Source: an uncultured Gammaproteobacteria bacterium
GTDB lineage: Bacteria; Pseudomonadota; Gammaproteobacteria; UBA4575
NCBI GenBank assembly: GCA_963976865.1
Contig: CAXBLY010000003.1
Span: 11,154 to 75,153, forward strand
DNA: 64,000 nt
Direction of reading: 5' to 3'
The notes under the pieces were generated by a model that saw nothing but the letters and a program-made list of their open reading frames with translations, did not search any database and had not been told where the DNA came from. This document shows, in pieces, positions 31,791 to 41,897 of the stretch. Numbering within the stretch: the stretch's first letter is position 1; each line of letters opens with the position of its first letter. The position numbers and the translations under genes were made by a program.

Positions 31791-32396
31791 ATGGATAATT
31801 GTCAGCAAAGATATATGAATCAGAATAAGCATTGGTGTATCTATCTGTTGTCTATTATTGCGATGACTGTTTCATCAGTTGCATATTCTGCAGATAGCAG
31901 TGTTAAAAAGCCTCATCAATTGTCAGCTGAAGAAAGCACTTCTGGTAAAATAACAACAGAGTCAAGTTATCAGCCGATGGGTCATTCTGTTGATGTGCAA
32001 AAATTAATGTCGCATGAAGATGAATTTTCACGCCTAGACTTAAATCATGATGGTGTTATTTCTCAGAATGAAGCTAAAAGTGAATATGCACTAAGAGATT
32101 CTTTTTCAAGTGTTGATGATGACGCTAACAATGAAATTTCTGTGCATGAATTTAAGGGATACTACCAGTTGAGGTACGGAAGTATTGCTAATACACGTCC
32201 ATTAAAGCATCTGGGCGAAGGTGAAAATTCGACCCAGACATTTAGCTATTATGACGCGAATGGCGATGGATCAATTTCTATCAAAGAATTTTCACGTAAA
32301 ACTGGAAAGGGCAGTGATGGAGTGCCTGATTCAAATCAGAAAAAACCATCTGGTGCTGCATTGAAAGAAAACCAATACGATCCAGATCCTAAATAA
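31791..32396 (+). CDS. Secreted EF-hand calcium-binding protein
   Basis: Signal peptide. EF-hand loops DLNHDGVISQNE and DANGDGSISIKEF. Paralogous to 34952..35371 (shared LRYGSIANTRP / IRYGAIANAKP). AAGGAGA RBS. Confidence 0.7.
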   Translation: MDNCQQRYMNQNKHWCIYLLSIIAMTVSSVAYSADSSVKKPHQLSAEESTSGKITTESSYQPMGHSVDVQKLMSHEDEFSRLDLNHDGVISQNEAKSEYALRDSFSSVDDDANNEISVHEFKGYYQLRYGSIANTRPLKHLGEGENSTQTFSYYDANGDGSISIKEFSRKTGKGSDGVPDSNQKKPSGAALKENQYDPDPK

Positions 32397-32428
32397 GTAA
32401 GCGATCTTATACATCATTACTGAACAAG

Positions 32429-32454
32429 GGCGTGACTTCTGTCACGCCTTTTTT
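32429..32454 (+). terminator. Rho-independent terminator after the EF-hand gene
   Basis: GGCGTGAC-ttct-GTCACGCC followed by TTTTTT. Confidence 0.8.
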
Positions 32455-32538
32455 AATCGTTAATAATAAAAGACAGTTACCATTATGCAGCCTAACATTT
32501 CTGGTGTAGTTGCTAATGATATTGATAAAACTGAATAG

Positions 32539-33837
32539 TTATAATGATTCGTCCAGATTTTCAATAATAGAGTCAATCTTTTTCTGGTCTATTGCACTAA
32601 GGTTATTCAAATGAATTTTGCTGACTAGTGCATTAATCTGTTTTAATATAATGTTTCTGTAGTCGGCGTTACTCACTGTTTTGTGCATAGTCACAAGGTT
32701 TTCTAATAAGTGTACAGAAACCATCACATTATTACAGCAATTCTGTCGTATCGGGCTTATGGCAGTATTTACTGCACCCTCAAAGCTGAAATTGTTATAT
32801 TTAAGACGGACGATACCATCACTGTCTGTGAGGACTGTCGATGAAAAATTGCATTCTGCCAGTTCTAATATTGATGAACTTAGCCAGTCAACACAGGTAA
32901 TAGCAGTGATTGAATCATTTATTCCCGGCGATAGCGCACGCAAAGTAACCTGAACCAGCTGTTCAATTGAATATTCAAGGTCTTGAATAGGAGTGCGCTT
33001 TCTATCAATGCTAATGCAGTCCAGTATCTGGTTTATCAGGGATTTGTCAAATTCATTTTTATATAATGTCCCAATACTTGCGTTTGGCAGGATAAACTTT
33101 CCCGCTCGTGTTGAAATAAAAAGTGTGCATTGATTGTCTGCTATTAACTTTGTAAGGCCTTCGTAGTTTATTGACTGAACGTAACCCGAATGGCATGTAG
33201 AAACTGTATATGCATTTTCGTGAGTAATATTTTCCCATTGAAGTTCAGAATCGTTAATATCAGCCAATTCATTGTTACAAAGTGTATGTGTATTATTTGA
33301 TATGTCCCTGGCTATTTCTGAAATGATTTGATCTGCCTGAATTGAGGTGGATATTCGATGAATGAAATATATTATCCCTGCTATAGATGCTGAAGTTAGT
33401 AATAAGTTAACAAACATTGCATACAGAGGGGTGTAGCCATTTTCTTTGCCATCAATTAGAGACAAAGTGATTAATCCATACATGAAAGTGGATATTAATA
33501 TCCCCAGAATCAGCTTGTTAGTGGAATCGGAAATAAAGTTGCGAAGTACTTTGGGGCCAAATTGACTGGATGCCATGGTGAGTGCAACCATTGAAATGGA
33601 AAATACAACGCCGGTAAGAGTCAATACACCGCTGGTAGTGACAATAAATACCTGTCTGGTTGCTTGGATGCCTATATTTAAATCGGACAACCAGGGGACT
33701 GTATTATAGTGGTTATGATTTTTGTCTAAATATATTATGTAATAGGCAAGAATTGCTGAAGCCACACTACACATGATTGGATACAACCACATGCTCGTTT
33801 TGATTTTATCCCATATTAATGAAAGTAAATGGTTCAC
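32539..33837 (-). CDS. DUF2254-type polytopic membrane protein with a large soluble C-terminal domain
   Basis: 432 aa. 6 N-terminal TM helices, then a soluble region. Family assignment is from memory of DUF2254 architecture. Confidence 0.5.
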   Translation of the reverse strand: MNHLLSLIWDKIKTSMWLYPIMCSVASAILAYYIIYLDKNHNHYNTVPWLSDLNIGIQATRQVFIVTTSGVLTLTGVVFSISMVALTMASSQFGPKVLRNFISDSTNKLILGILISTFMYGLITLSLIDGKENGYTPLYAMFVNLLLTSASIAGIIYFIHRISTSIQADQIISEIARDISNNTHTLCNNELADINDSELQWENITHENAYTVSTCHSGYVQSINYEGLTKLIADNQCTLFISTRAGKFILPNASIGTLYKNEFDKSLINQILDCISIDRKRTPIQDLEYSIEQLVQVTLRALSPGINDSITAITCVDWLSSSILELAECNFSSTVLTDSDGIVRLKYNNFSFEGAVNTAISPIRQNCCNNVMVSVHLLENLVTMHKTVSNADYRNIILKQINALVSKIHLNNLSAIDQKKIDSIIENLDESL

Positions 33838-33928
33838 AGATGATTAATTAGTCCTTGTGATAAATAGCCTGAAAAATTATTTTCAAGCTTATGGTTCAGT
33901 GTGATACATGTATATGTGAATTAGGCGG

Positions 33929-34636
33929 CTACTCATGCAAGTTTATATCATCGACGTCTTTAAACGACTTTACAATTTCTACAGACTTGTCATTGAAGGT
34001 AACAGATTTATCTGCCCAACTAATATTAAGATCATTATTAATAGGAACAACTTTGGATTTTCCAAATAACCAGTTACCTGTATTGAGAATCATATTTGCT
34101 AAATTCCATTGTTTGTCATCAAAGATAAAATCTTCAATTTTACCGATTTGACCATCGGAGGCAAAAGCATCGTAAGTGCTTATTTCCTTGCATGAGCGAA
34201 GGTGATTTTTGGTTTCAATACCCTGATCATCGCTAAGATTGATATCCGGTTTATCAACTGGCGACAGTGAACCATAAGGATCGGGATACGTGCCCCATAA
34301 ATTCGGTCCTAGCCAGTACATGTTGTAGCCATAATATTTGTAGTACTGACGTTCATATTCTCTTGAGACAGGAGCGTCGGAATCCAGTAGTGGACTATTC
34401 TCAATTTCAGATTTGCTTAAGCGCAGTGAGAGTAGGTTATTCTCAAGCTCTGACTGTATGACAGCGGTAGGGGAAATAAGCACTTTTCGTTCACTAAGCC
34501 AGGAACTTGTATCAACAACGATGTACCTGATCACCCAGGTACTGTCATCCAGAATAAAATCTGCACATTCTCCAAAATCTCCATCTATTGCTGAAATGCT
34601 TTGGCTGTAATATTGACTAACTTTATTTAACATCAC
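33929..34636 (-). CDS. PRC-barrel domain protein (two PRC repeats)
   Basis: Two repeats of the PRC-barrel pattern (GDFGECADFILDDSTWVIRYIVVD... and GQIGKIEDFIFDDKQWNLANMIL...). Confidence 0.6.
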   Translation of the reverse strand: MMLNKVSQYYSQSISAIDGDFGECADFILDDSTWVIRYIVVDTSSWLSERKVLISPTAVIQSELENNLLSLRLSKSEIENSPLLDSDAPVSREYERQYYKYYGYNMYWLGPNLWGTYPDPYGSLSPVDKPDINLSDDQGIETKNHLRSCKEISTYDAFASDGQIGKIEDFIFDDKQWNLANMILNTGNWLFGKSKVVPINNDLNISWADKSVTFNDKSVEIVKSFKDVDDINLHE

Positions 34637-34951
34637 TATTCCTTATATTTTCACGAAGCTTTATTTTGTGTGTAGATAACCACAATTTTTTCATGCAGGT
34701 AAGGTGCCATTAAATGACTGTATACATCAAGTTCATTTCTGAAAATATCATGCTCTAAGTATATTACAGCAATCGTAATGTGCATATTCACCATAAACTA
34801 ATCTCACTGTTGTTCAAATGAACAATAACCAGTGTGTGAAAAAGACTTATTGCGAATACTATTTGAGAGAATGGCTATATAGCAGTGAATATGCGAAGTG
34901 GCACTATCTGTGCATAAATAGTATTGAAGTGACAATTTGCGGTGTTTGAGA

Positions 34952-35371
34952 ATGAAAAAATCAATACAAATAGTTCAGGCATGTTTATGGATGAGCTTGC
35001 TATCAGGATATCCATTACTTGCAGATGACAGTTCAGTTGTACAGTCATCAGACTATCAACATCAGTTTTTAGCGATTGACCATGATCAGAATGGTTATAT
35101 TTCAAAACTGGAATCTTTGTCTGAATTACCGCTTAGTGATTCTTACAATAACTTTGACTTGAATAACGATGAGCGTATTTCTGCCAAGGAATTTCGTCCG
35201 TATTTTAATATTCGGTATGGCGCTATCGCTAATGCTAAACCTAGCGAGGGTGCAGAAATTGTTCCTGGCAAAGAAAATTCATTTTATTTGTTGGATAAAG
35301 ACAAAAATGGTGTGATTACGATAGATGAATTTTCAGGAATTAAGTTAAAAAATTGTGAGGCTGAATCATAG
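34952..35371 (+). CDS. Secreted EF-hand calcium-binding protein, paralogue of 31791..32396
   Basis: Signal peptide. EF loops DHDQNGYISKLE, DLNNDERISAKEF and DKDKNGVITIDEF. Confidence 0.7.
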   Translation: MKKSIQIVQACLWMSLLSGYPLLADDSSVVQSSDYQHQFLAIDHDQNGYISKLESLSELPLSDSYNNFDLNNDERISAKEFRPYFNIRYGAIANAKPSEGAEIVPGKENSFYLLDKDKNGVITIDEFSGIKLKNCEAES

Positions 35372-35402
35372 TAAACAAGCTAAATATTAAGGAGAAAATA
35401 TC

Positions 35403-35570
35403 ATGTTAACGTGGGCATTGTTGTTTTTTATTGTTTCAATTGTCTCAGGTGTACTCGGATTTTACGCAATTGCAGGTACTGCGGCACTGATTGCCAAAAT
35501 ACTGTTTTTTGTATTTCTAATAGCATTTTTAATTGCGATTGTAAGAGGCAGGACAAGGCCGATTGCTTAG
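35403..35570 (+). CDS. UPF0391/DUF1328 small membrane protein (55 aa), absent from the ORF track
   Basis: MLTWALLFFIVSIVSGVLGFYAIAGTAALIAKILFFVFLIAFLIAIVRGRTRPIA. AAGGAGAAAA RBS. Confidence 0.75.
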   Translation: MLTWALLFFIVSIVSGVLGFYAIAGTAALIAKILFFVFLIAFLIAIVRGRTRPIA

Positions 35571-35633
35571 TGACAATTGCATAGTAATTATGATGACTAG
35601 TAAAGAATATATATTTTTTAATAAGCAGGAGAT

Positions 35634-35924
35634 ATGAATATGGGTATGAAAGAAGCATATGAGAAAAAGATAACTTCACAACTGGATTCCTGGAATGCGG
35701 AACTTGACAAGTTAAAAGCCAAGGCTGACAAAGCTGAGGGTGACGTTCAGTTGGAATACTATAAGCAAATTGAGGAAATTAGGACAATGCAGGCTACTGC
35801 ACATGAAAAACTAAATGAACTCAAAGACGCTAGTGATGACGCCTGGGAAGACTTGAAAGCTGGTGTTGATAGTGCATGGAATTCACTAGGAAATGCGTTA
35901 AAGGACGCATCTTCAAGATTCTAA
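35634..35924 (+). CDS. Small coiled-coil protein (hypothetical stress protein)
   Basis: 96 aa, helical and rich in K/E/A. AGGAGA RBS. C-terminal W...L..G..SAW..L pattern shared with the next gene. Confidence 0.55.
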   Translation: MNMGMKEAYEKKITSQLDSWNAELDKLKAKADKAEGDVQLEYYKQIEEIRTMQATAHEKLNELKDASDDAWEDLKAGVDSAWNSLGNALKDASSRF

Positions 35925-35974
35925 CGGAATCAAATAGCCAAATATCATATTTAAATTAAACACGGAGAATCGAA

Positions 35975-36448
35975 GTGAATTATAGTTATACAGGCAAGAA
36001 TATAGTAATGATTACGTTTCTTACTTTGCTGCTAGTTGTTTTTGGCACCAGCCATGCTGGCTCAGATGCTGAAACAACTTCTTTTGAAGAAGTCAAAGAC
36101 GACACACAGGAGTTACTCAGTTCATTGAAAGACTATAGCGCAGACAAAAAAGATGTGGCTGTAGAGAAATCCAAACAAGCCTTGCATAGGCTGGATGAAC
36201 GCATTGAAAAGCTTGAAGAGGGTGCTGAGCAAAGATGGAGTGAGATGAGCGATGATGCAAGACAAAAATCCAGAGAAAGTCTGGAAGCATTGCGAAATCA
36301 GCGCGCTGAAGTTGCAAAGTGGTACAGGAGTATGAAAGAAAGTTCTGGCGAGTCTTGGGGACATGTTAAGTCCGGGTTTTCAGATGCTTATCAGGCTATG
36401 TCCGATACCTGGGAGCGGGTTGAAGAGGAGTTTTCTGAGAGCAGCTAA
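35975..36448 (+). CDS. Secreted coiled-coil protein, paralogue of 35634..35924
   Basis: GTG start after a GGAGAA RBS. Signal peptide. Shared C-terminal pattern (SWGHVKSGFSDAYQAMSDTWERV). Confidence 0.55.
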   Translation: MNYSYTGKNIVMITFLTLLLVVFGTSHAGSDAETTSFEEVKDDTQELLSSLKDYSADKKDVAVEKSKQALHRLDERIEKLEEGAEQRWSEMSDDARQKSRESLEALRNQRAEVAKWYRSMKESSGESWGHVKSGFSDAYQAMSDTWERVEEEFSESS

Positions 36449-36584
36449 TAATAATTTGTAATGTACAAGAGAAGCACAAAGTTGTTATTTTTATCCTATG
36501 GCTTTGTGCTTTGTCTCTTTCTGGTAAATGCCTGATTAAGGGATTTTCTACTAATTCTCATAAGGAATAAAAATGAAATAGTAA

Positions 36585-36887
36585 TTATTGTGTATTCCTT
36601 ATTTTATCAATTAACCCTGCTTTATTTAAACGGCTTCTACCTTTAATATTTAACTGTTTCGCACGATTATATAATTCATCCCTGGTTCTGTCTTCAAGTC
36701 GTGAATTAGGGTTCCCTGTCCCCATGGTTGTCTTATTACGAGTTTTTTCATTTAGTCTTCTGTGTTTGTTTACAACACGTGCAGCTATTTCTTTCGCCGT
36801 CTGGTTTTGTTCGCCATCACGTACCAGGCTATCTTTTATGTGTCTGTATTGACGTTTGTCTTTGTTGCGCCACTCATTCTGAATCAT
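36585..36887 (-). CDS. Small basic protein with a Rho-N/SAP-like helix-extension-helix motif
   Basis: C-terminal ELYNRAKQLNIKGRSRLNKAGLIDKI resembles the Rho-termination-factor N-terminal motif found in small stress proteins. Confidence 0.5.
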   Translation of the reverse strand: MIQNEWRNKDKRQYRHIKDSLVRDGEQNQTAKEIAARVVNKHRRLNEKTRNKTTMGTGNPNSRLEDRTRDELYNRAKQLNIKGRSRLNKAGLIDKIRNTQ

Positions 36888-36904
36888 GAAATATCCTCTG
36901 TGGT

Positions 36905-37102
36905 TTATGCAATGCGTTTAGGTTTAGGTTTTCCTGGTTCCTTTATGGGGGGTGTTGGTTTCTTCTCTGGTGGCAAATCCGGGTCACCTGGCGGTATTAC
37001 TGGATCTTTTGGATCTTCAGGTTTCACAGGATCACCTGGTGGCATAGGTATCTGTGATGATTTGCCGTTGTGAGTCACTACCGTGTTGTGATTGTTATTC
37101 AT
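36905..37102 (-). CDS. Small proline-rich protein (65 aa)
   Basis: Strong RBS TTAGGAGATCATCATG. Repetitive P-[DE]/K-P composition. Confidence 0.45.
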   Translation of the reverse strand: MNNNHNTVVTHNGKSSQIPMPPGDPVKPEDPKDPVIPPGDPDLPPEKKPTPPIKEPGKPKPKRIA

Positions 37103-37150
37103 GATGATCTCCTAAAAATTATTTAAAACTAATTAATTATCTTTAAACTA

Positions 37151-37510
37151 TTATTTAAGCCAATCGATAGCTTCTGATTTATTGATATGGTCAAAGTGTT
37201 TTACTTCTGAATCAATAAACAGCTTTATTAGTTGTGACAGCATCATTACATTGTTGTTGTCTGATACTACTGCTACCTTATTAAGAATTTTTCCTTTTTC
37301 TCGTATTACTTCCAGATGTGCCTTAAAGGCTGATAGATCTTTCCAGTGTGGAACAGATTCAGTGTCGACCAATAAACCCTTTATCAGATTCCCTTCGTTA
37401 ATATAGTTATCAATTGCATCAGATAAGCTCTTGAGGTCGTTTTTATTCAATTCACCTTTTGGCATTAAATATAAAATATGATCGCTTTTATTGATTTCTA
37501 TCTCCATCAT
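37151..37510 (-). CDS. STAS/SpoIIAA-like small protein (DUF3478-like)
   Basis: About 120 aa. Start placed at the internal MMEIEINK after an AAGGAA RBS. Confidence 0.45.
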   Translation of the reverse strand: MMEIEINKSDHILYLMPKGELNKNDLKSLSDAIDNYINEGNLIKGLLVDTESVPHWKDLSAFKAHLEVIREKGKILNKVAVVSDNNNVMMLSQLIKLFIDSEVKHFDHINKSEAIDWLK

Positions 37511-37770
37511 AATCATGTTCCTTTTTGTATGGCTTAATACATAACAATGCAAGGACCAAGCCATATTGCAAACACATGAATAGTTTGTCGTTTATGAGTC
37601 ATCATGTCTGTATCCTTATACTTCTGGTTACAGTTACTCAACTTAATGGTTTATATCAACCATTAAGTTCATATAAACCATGCAATGTCGTGTTGGCGTT
37701 AACTTTAAACCCTATTGGACTTGCTGGCATACTTGTTGCTGATTCTTAGTTAACAAAGGAGAATTAAAAA

Positions 37771-38367
37771 ATGAAATTTGAAAAGATTAAACTACCTTAT
37801 GCATACGATGCGCTTGAGCCGCATATATCCTCAGATACCGTAAAAACACATTATGATAAGCATCATCAAGGTTATGTGAATAAGTTGAATGACAGCGATC
37901 TGTCAAAGTTTAAACAGGACACTTCTCTTGAAGATATTATTAAAAATGAAAAAGGCAGTATTTATAATAATGCTGCACAAATACTAAATCATGATTTGTA
38001 CTGGCAGAGTATAAACCCTGAAAGTGGTGGCCAGCCCTCATCCGCACTTGAACAAGTTATTAACGCTGAATTTTCATCCCTGGATGAATTCAGAAAAATG
38101 CTATTCGATGCAGCAATCAGTGAATTTGGATCTGGTTGGGCATGGCTGGTACTGGATGCATCAAAAAAGCTTAATATCATAAGTACTACTGATGCAGTTA
38201 ACCCGTTAACCAAAGGTTCTACACCATTGTTTGTTATTGATGTCTGGGAGCATGCTTATTACCTGGATTACAAAAACAAACGTGCAGAATATATTAATGC
38301 GGTTCTTGATCACCTTATAAACTGGGACAATATCGAAGAGCGTTACAGTAATAACTTAAGTCCATAA
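37771..38367 (+). CDS. sodB: Iron superoxide dismutase
   Basis: N-terminal LPYAYDALEPHIS..T...HY.KHHQGYVNKLN, plus AAQILNHDLYWQS and DVWEHAYYLDY. AAGGAGAA RBS. Confidence 0.9.
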   Translation: MKFEKIKLPYAYDALEPHISSDTVKTHYDKHHQGYVNKLNDSDLSKFKQDTSLEDIIKNEKGSIYNNAAQILNHDLYWQSINPESGGQPSSALEQVINAEFSSLDEFRKMLFDAAISEFGSGWAWLVLDASKKLNIISTTDAVNPLTKGSTPLFVIDVWEHAYYLDYKNKRAEYINAVLDHLINWDNIEERYSNNLSP

Positions 38368-38633
38368 GTCTGGCATTTATGTTGCAGCATATTTGATGAG
38401 TTCAAAGCAATGCTGAGGAGATGATGTTCCATGACTTATTTTGTAAGTTCTATATTAATAATGTCCGCATTGTTTCAAGGAAAATATCGGTCAGTAATGG
38501 AGTCATAATGATTGTTGATGCTGTTGTTATTCCATAATTTTCATAATCACACTATGAAAATCGAATTTTACCAATTGTTTGAAAATATCAGAACAATCAA
38601 ATACACACATATATATATGAAACGGGAATACTA

Positions 38634-39296
38634 ATGTCAGAACTGTTACATACAACCAGAATATTACAGATACAACAAGTCACACATGATGTTAAACGCT
38701 TTGTTTGCGTCAGACCTACACAATTTGAATTCAGAGAAGGGCAGGCAGTTGAAGTCAGTATTGCTAATAAAGGATGGGAAGATAAGTCGCGTCCATTTAC
38801 ACTAACATCAGTTCCGACTGATGGTGTTATGGAATTTGTTATTAAAATCTACAAATCACATGATGGTGTTACCAGGCAGTTGGACAAGTTAAATGTTGGC
38901 GCTGATTTATTAATATCCAACCCTTTTGGTGCGATTGAATATAAAGGCTCCGGCATATTCATTGCTGGTGGTGCCGGAGTTACTCCATTTATATCAATAC
39001 TGAGATCATATCACCATGACGAAAACAGAGTGATATTCAGTAATAAAACGCCTCAGGATGTTATTCTGGGTGCTGAGCTTGAATTATTATCGAATGGGAA
39101 GCTGACTAATGTGTTTACTGAAAAAGCACCTACCGGCGATAACTGTCAGAGAATTGACAAGTCATATTTGTCCGAATCTATTGATAATTTTGATCAGCAA
39201 TTTTACGTATGTGGGCCACCTGTGTTTACAAAAGATATTAATTCGCATCTGGAAGAATTAGGCGCCAACGCAGCCAGCATATCCCTGGAAAAGTAG
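38634..39296 (+). CDS. Ferredoxin-NADP reductase-like FAD/NAD(P)-binding oxidoreductase
   Basis: R.FTLTS FAD-binding motif and GGAGVTPF NAD(P)-binding motif. 220 aa with no Fe-S motif. Confidence 0.65.
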   Translation: MSELLHTTRILQIQQVTHDVKRFVCVRPTQFEFREGQAVEVSIANKGWEDKSRPFTLTSVPTDGVMEFVIKIYKSHDGVTRQLDKLNVGADLLISNPFGAIEYKGSGIFIAGGAGVTPFISILRSYHHDENRVIFSNKTPQDVILGAELELLSNGKLTNVFTEKAPTGDNCQRIDKSYLSESIDNFDQQFYVCGPPVFTKDINSHLEELGANAASISLEK

Positions 39297-39402
39297 TGGG
39301 AATGAATCTGACTTCTATTTGTTAGCTACAACCACGTTAATTATGTGATAAAATTTTCGCAACTATAATTTCACCTCTAATTATTTCTCCAGGGTTATCC
39401 AT

Positions 39403-40878
39403 ATGGCAAAAAGCTTTGCAATTGTTGGGTGCTCATCAGAATTTAGCAAAAAAATAGTCAAGATAGCCAAATCATATTCGTATGCATGTGAAGAGTACTC
39501 TGACTTTGATGATTTCAGATCTGCATTTGAATCTGATACTACCAATTCAATAGTTGTGATACTGGATCTGCATAAAATAGATAAATCCAATATTGCCAGC
39601 GTTACAGAATTACTTCATTCAGGCCAGAATTATTTCGCAACAGTTGTCATTCAGGATGAAATTGAACAGTCTATTTTAGATGACATTGAAGAAGTCACTG
39701 ATTACGATATCAGGTCCTGCGATGAACCGACTGAGTTAAAGAAGATACTGGCGCGTGCTTCAAGATTAGCAGTCGTCCGGCGTAAACTTGAAAACACCAA
39801 TGTTGTAAATAAAAAACAACATACAGTCGAAGCTTTTCTTGGGCGTAGCTCTGAAGCAATGAATGTTAGAGCGATGCTGAAAAAATTAATTAGTGCACCA
39901 ATTTCAAGTGTATTTATCAGTGGAGAAACTGGTACAGGAAAAGGCCTGACGGCGCGTATTCTGCATAATCAGGACCCTCATCAAACAGGCTCATTAATAG
40001 AAGTAAATTGCTCGGCAATTCCAAAAGACCTGATGGAGTCTGAGTTATTTGGACATGAAGCCGGTTCTTTTACTGGAGCTAAAAAGACACATCGAGGTTA
40101 TTTGGAACAGGCCAATGAAGGCACGCTATTCCTGGATGAAATTACTGAAATGGATGTTGAATTTCAGGCCAAGTTACTCAAGGCGCTTGAAGACCGGGTA
40201 ATAAGAAGAGTAGGTGGAGAGAGGGATATTAACATTGATGTGTCAATTATTGCTGCCACCAATCGCGACCCACTCAAAGCAATTGAAGATAACCAGCTGC
40301 GTGAAGATCTCTATCATCGCTTGAATGTATTTTGTCTGAACTTGCCGGCATTGAGAGATAGAAAGGAGGATCTGCTGGATTTAGTCCCTTCTATTGTGGA
40401 AGAGTATAATAAAAAATCTGGCAAACATGTGACAACGATTGAAGATTCGACGTGGGACACCTTAACTAAATATGATTGGCCTGGAAATATAAGAGAATTG
40501 AGAAATGTTATAGAGCGTTGTGTATTATTTTCAGAAAGTGAAGTGTTTTCTGCCAAATGGATGAGTCTCGAATGCGATAATATTGATAACGTTAATGGCG
40601 AAATCCAGTCATCAAGATGTTTGTCTAATAATGACCTGATGTTGTCAGACCTTGATATAGAAACATCTTCAGTAATAGCAGAAGGCGAGTGCCCATCAGA
40701 TACTCCAAAATATACATTTCTGTTGAATGGATCAACGTCTCTGGATGATATGGAGAAAGAGATAATCCGGTTAGGATTGAATTCAATGAACGGAAATGTC
40801 ACTGAAACAGCACGCTTGTTAAATATCAGCAGAGAAAAACTAAGGTATCGAATCAAAAAATATAAGATAGATGCTTAG
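39403..40878 (+). CDS. Sigma54-dependent transcriptional activator (bacterial enhancer-binding protein) with a degenerate receiver-like N-terminal domain
   Basis: AAA+ core GETGTGKGL and the GAFTGA variant ESELFGHEAGSFTGA. C-terminal Fis-type HTH. The N-terminus lacks the acidic pair of canonical receivers. Confidence 0.8.
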   Translation: MAKSFAIVGCSSEFSKKIVKIAKSYSYACEEYSDFDDFRSAFESDTTNSIVVILDLHKIDKSNIASVTELLHSGQNYFATVVIQDEIEQSILDDIEEVTDYDIRSCDEPTELKKILARASRLAVVRRKLENTNVVNKKQHTVEAFLGRSSEAMNVRAMLKKLISAPISSVFISGETGTGKGLTARILHNQDPHQTGSLIEVNCSAIPKDLMESELFGHEAGSFTGAKKTHRGYLEQANEGTLFLDEITEMDVEFQAKLLKALEDRVIRRVGGERDINIDVSIIAATNRDPLKAIEDNQLREDLYHRLNVFCLNLPALRDRKEDLLDLVPSIVEEYNKKSGKHVTTIEDSTWDTLTKYDWPGNIRELRNVIERCVLFSESEVFSAKWMSLECDNIDNVNGEIQSSRCLSNNDLMLSDLDIETSSVIAEGECPSDTPKYTFLLNGSTSLDDMEKEIIRLGLNSMNGNVTETARLLNISREKLRYRIKKYKIDA

Positions 40879-41466
40879 TCAATTCTGATTTATTACAGCA
40901 TTATAATAATCTGTAATTATTTCTGAATCTTTGTTGTGTAAAGTTCCTCCGCGTATACAGACACTGGGACTCGATTTGATAGTTTTATTCGTATGCTTTG
41001 TGTGTACACATTTACTTATCCAGTCAATATACTCAAGATGAATTGTCGGAATGATAATGTCTCTGCCTGATAGAGGTATCCAGTTTCTTGAGTCTGAAAT
41101 TATTAATGGTACAGACCAGGATGCAGTATCAATTATAACCTCTTTTATGTGACCTAATTTTCTACCATCACTTATTAAGCTTAATTCAAATATATTGGAC
41201 AATAATCTGTCATCACTGCTGGATTCATCTTTGCTCGGGCCTGGTGTTTTCTTGATTGATATTGAGAGGGGCTGGTCATCTTTACTCTTGGTTATTTCAA
41301 TTAACTGAGGGTTAAGTAAACTATTGCCTGATGTAGTGCCAGCATTGTGAGTTATAACGCACTTCGAAATCTCCCATGTATTGCGGTTTACGAGCAGGTC
41401 ACTAATTTTATAATGTTGTCCCGCGTAACTGATGGGCTCAATTAATTTATTTAATGTAATCAGCAT
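40879..41466 (-). CDS. PRC-barrel domain protein
   Basis: 195 aa. Two PRC-like repeats (GQHYKISDLLVNRNTWEISKCVI and GRKLGHIKEVIIDTASWSVPLII). Confidence 0.5.
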   Translation of the reverse strand: MLITLNKLIEPISYAGQHYKISDLLVNRNTWEISKCVITHNAGTTSGNSLLNPQLIEITKSKDDQPLSISIKKTPGPSKDESSSDDRLLSNIFELSLISDGRKLGHIKEVIIDTASWSVPLIISDSRNWIPLSGRDIIIPTIHLEYIDWISKCVHTKHTNKTIKSSPSVCIRGGTLHNKDSEIITDYYNAVINQN

Positions 41467-41897
41467 GTCTGAAAGGTAAAACTTAAGATACTAATGGTTG
41501 CAGAAAGATGTAATATATTTTTCTGGGTTTAGCATCGCTATACTATCTTTTATGTATAAGTCAGCAATAGTGTCCTGGTTTTCAGTTCCCTGATTTGTGT
41601 TTTGCATTTTTATTCTCATTGCTATGTATGTATAACAATACAAGCAAATGCCATTCCAGTTATTTCAATGGCAATACAACTGTAGCGCATTATTTTTAAC
41701 GAAAATCTGAATTTTCAGGTTGATATCAACCGTATGAATAGTAATAGATGGTGAATATGAACTAATGTCTGTACAGCAGTACAGTAATGACGTTAATTCA
41801 TGAGTAGAGATGACTTGCTGAATTTCTCTGGCAGGCAGGGATAACCATAAGTAAATAACGCTAAAGCCTGTATGTCTATGACCAGAAGCGTTAGCTA

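Noticed and set aside
37525-37749. 74-aa ORF upstream of sodB
   Set aside because: It overlaps the sodB promoter/RBS region and the STAS-like gene start. No RBS.
41467-41897. 430-bp ORF-free stretch examined for sRNA, sigma54 promoter or mobile-element remnant
   Set aside because: No convincing -24/-12 element, terminator or repeat structure was found. Most likely the promoter region of the PRC-barrel gene.
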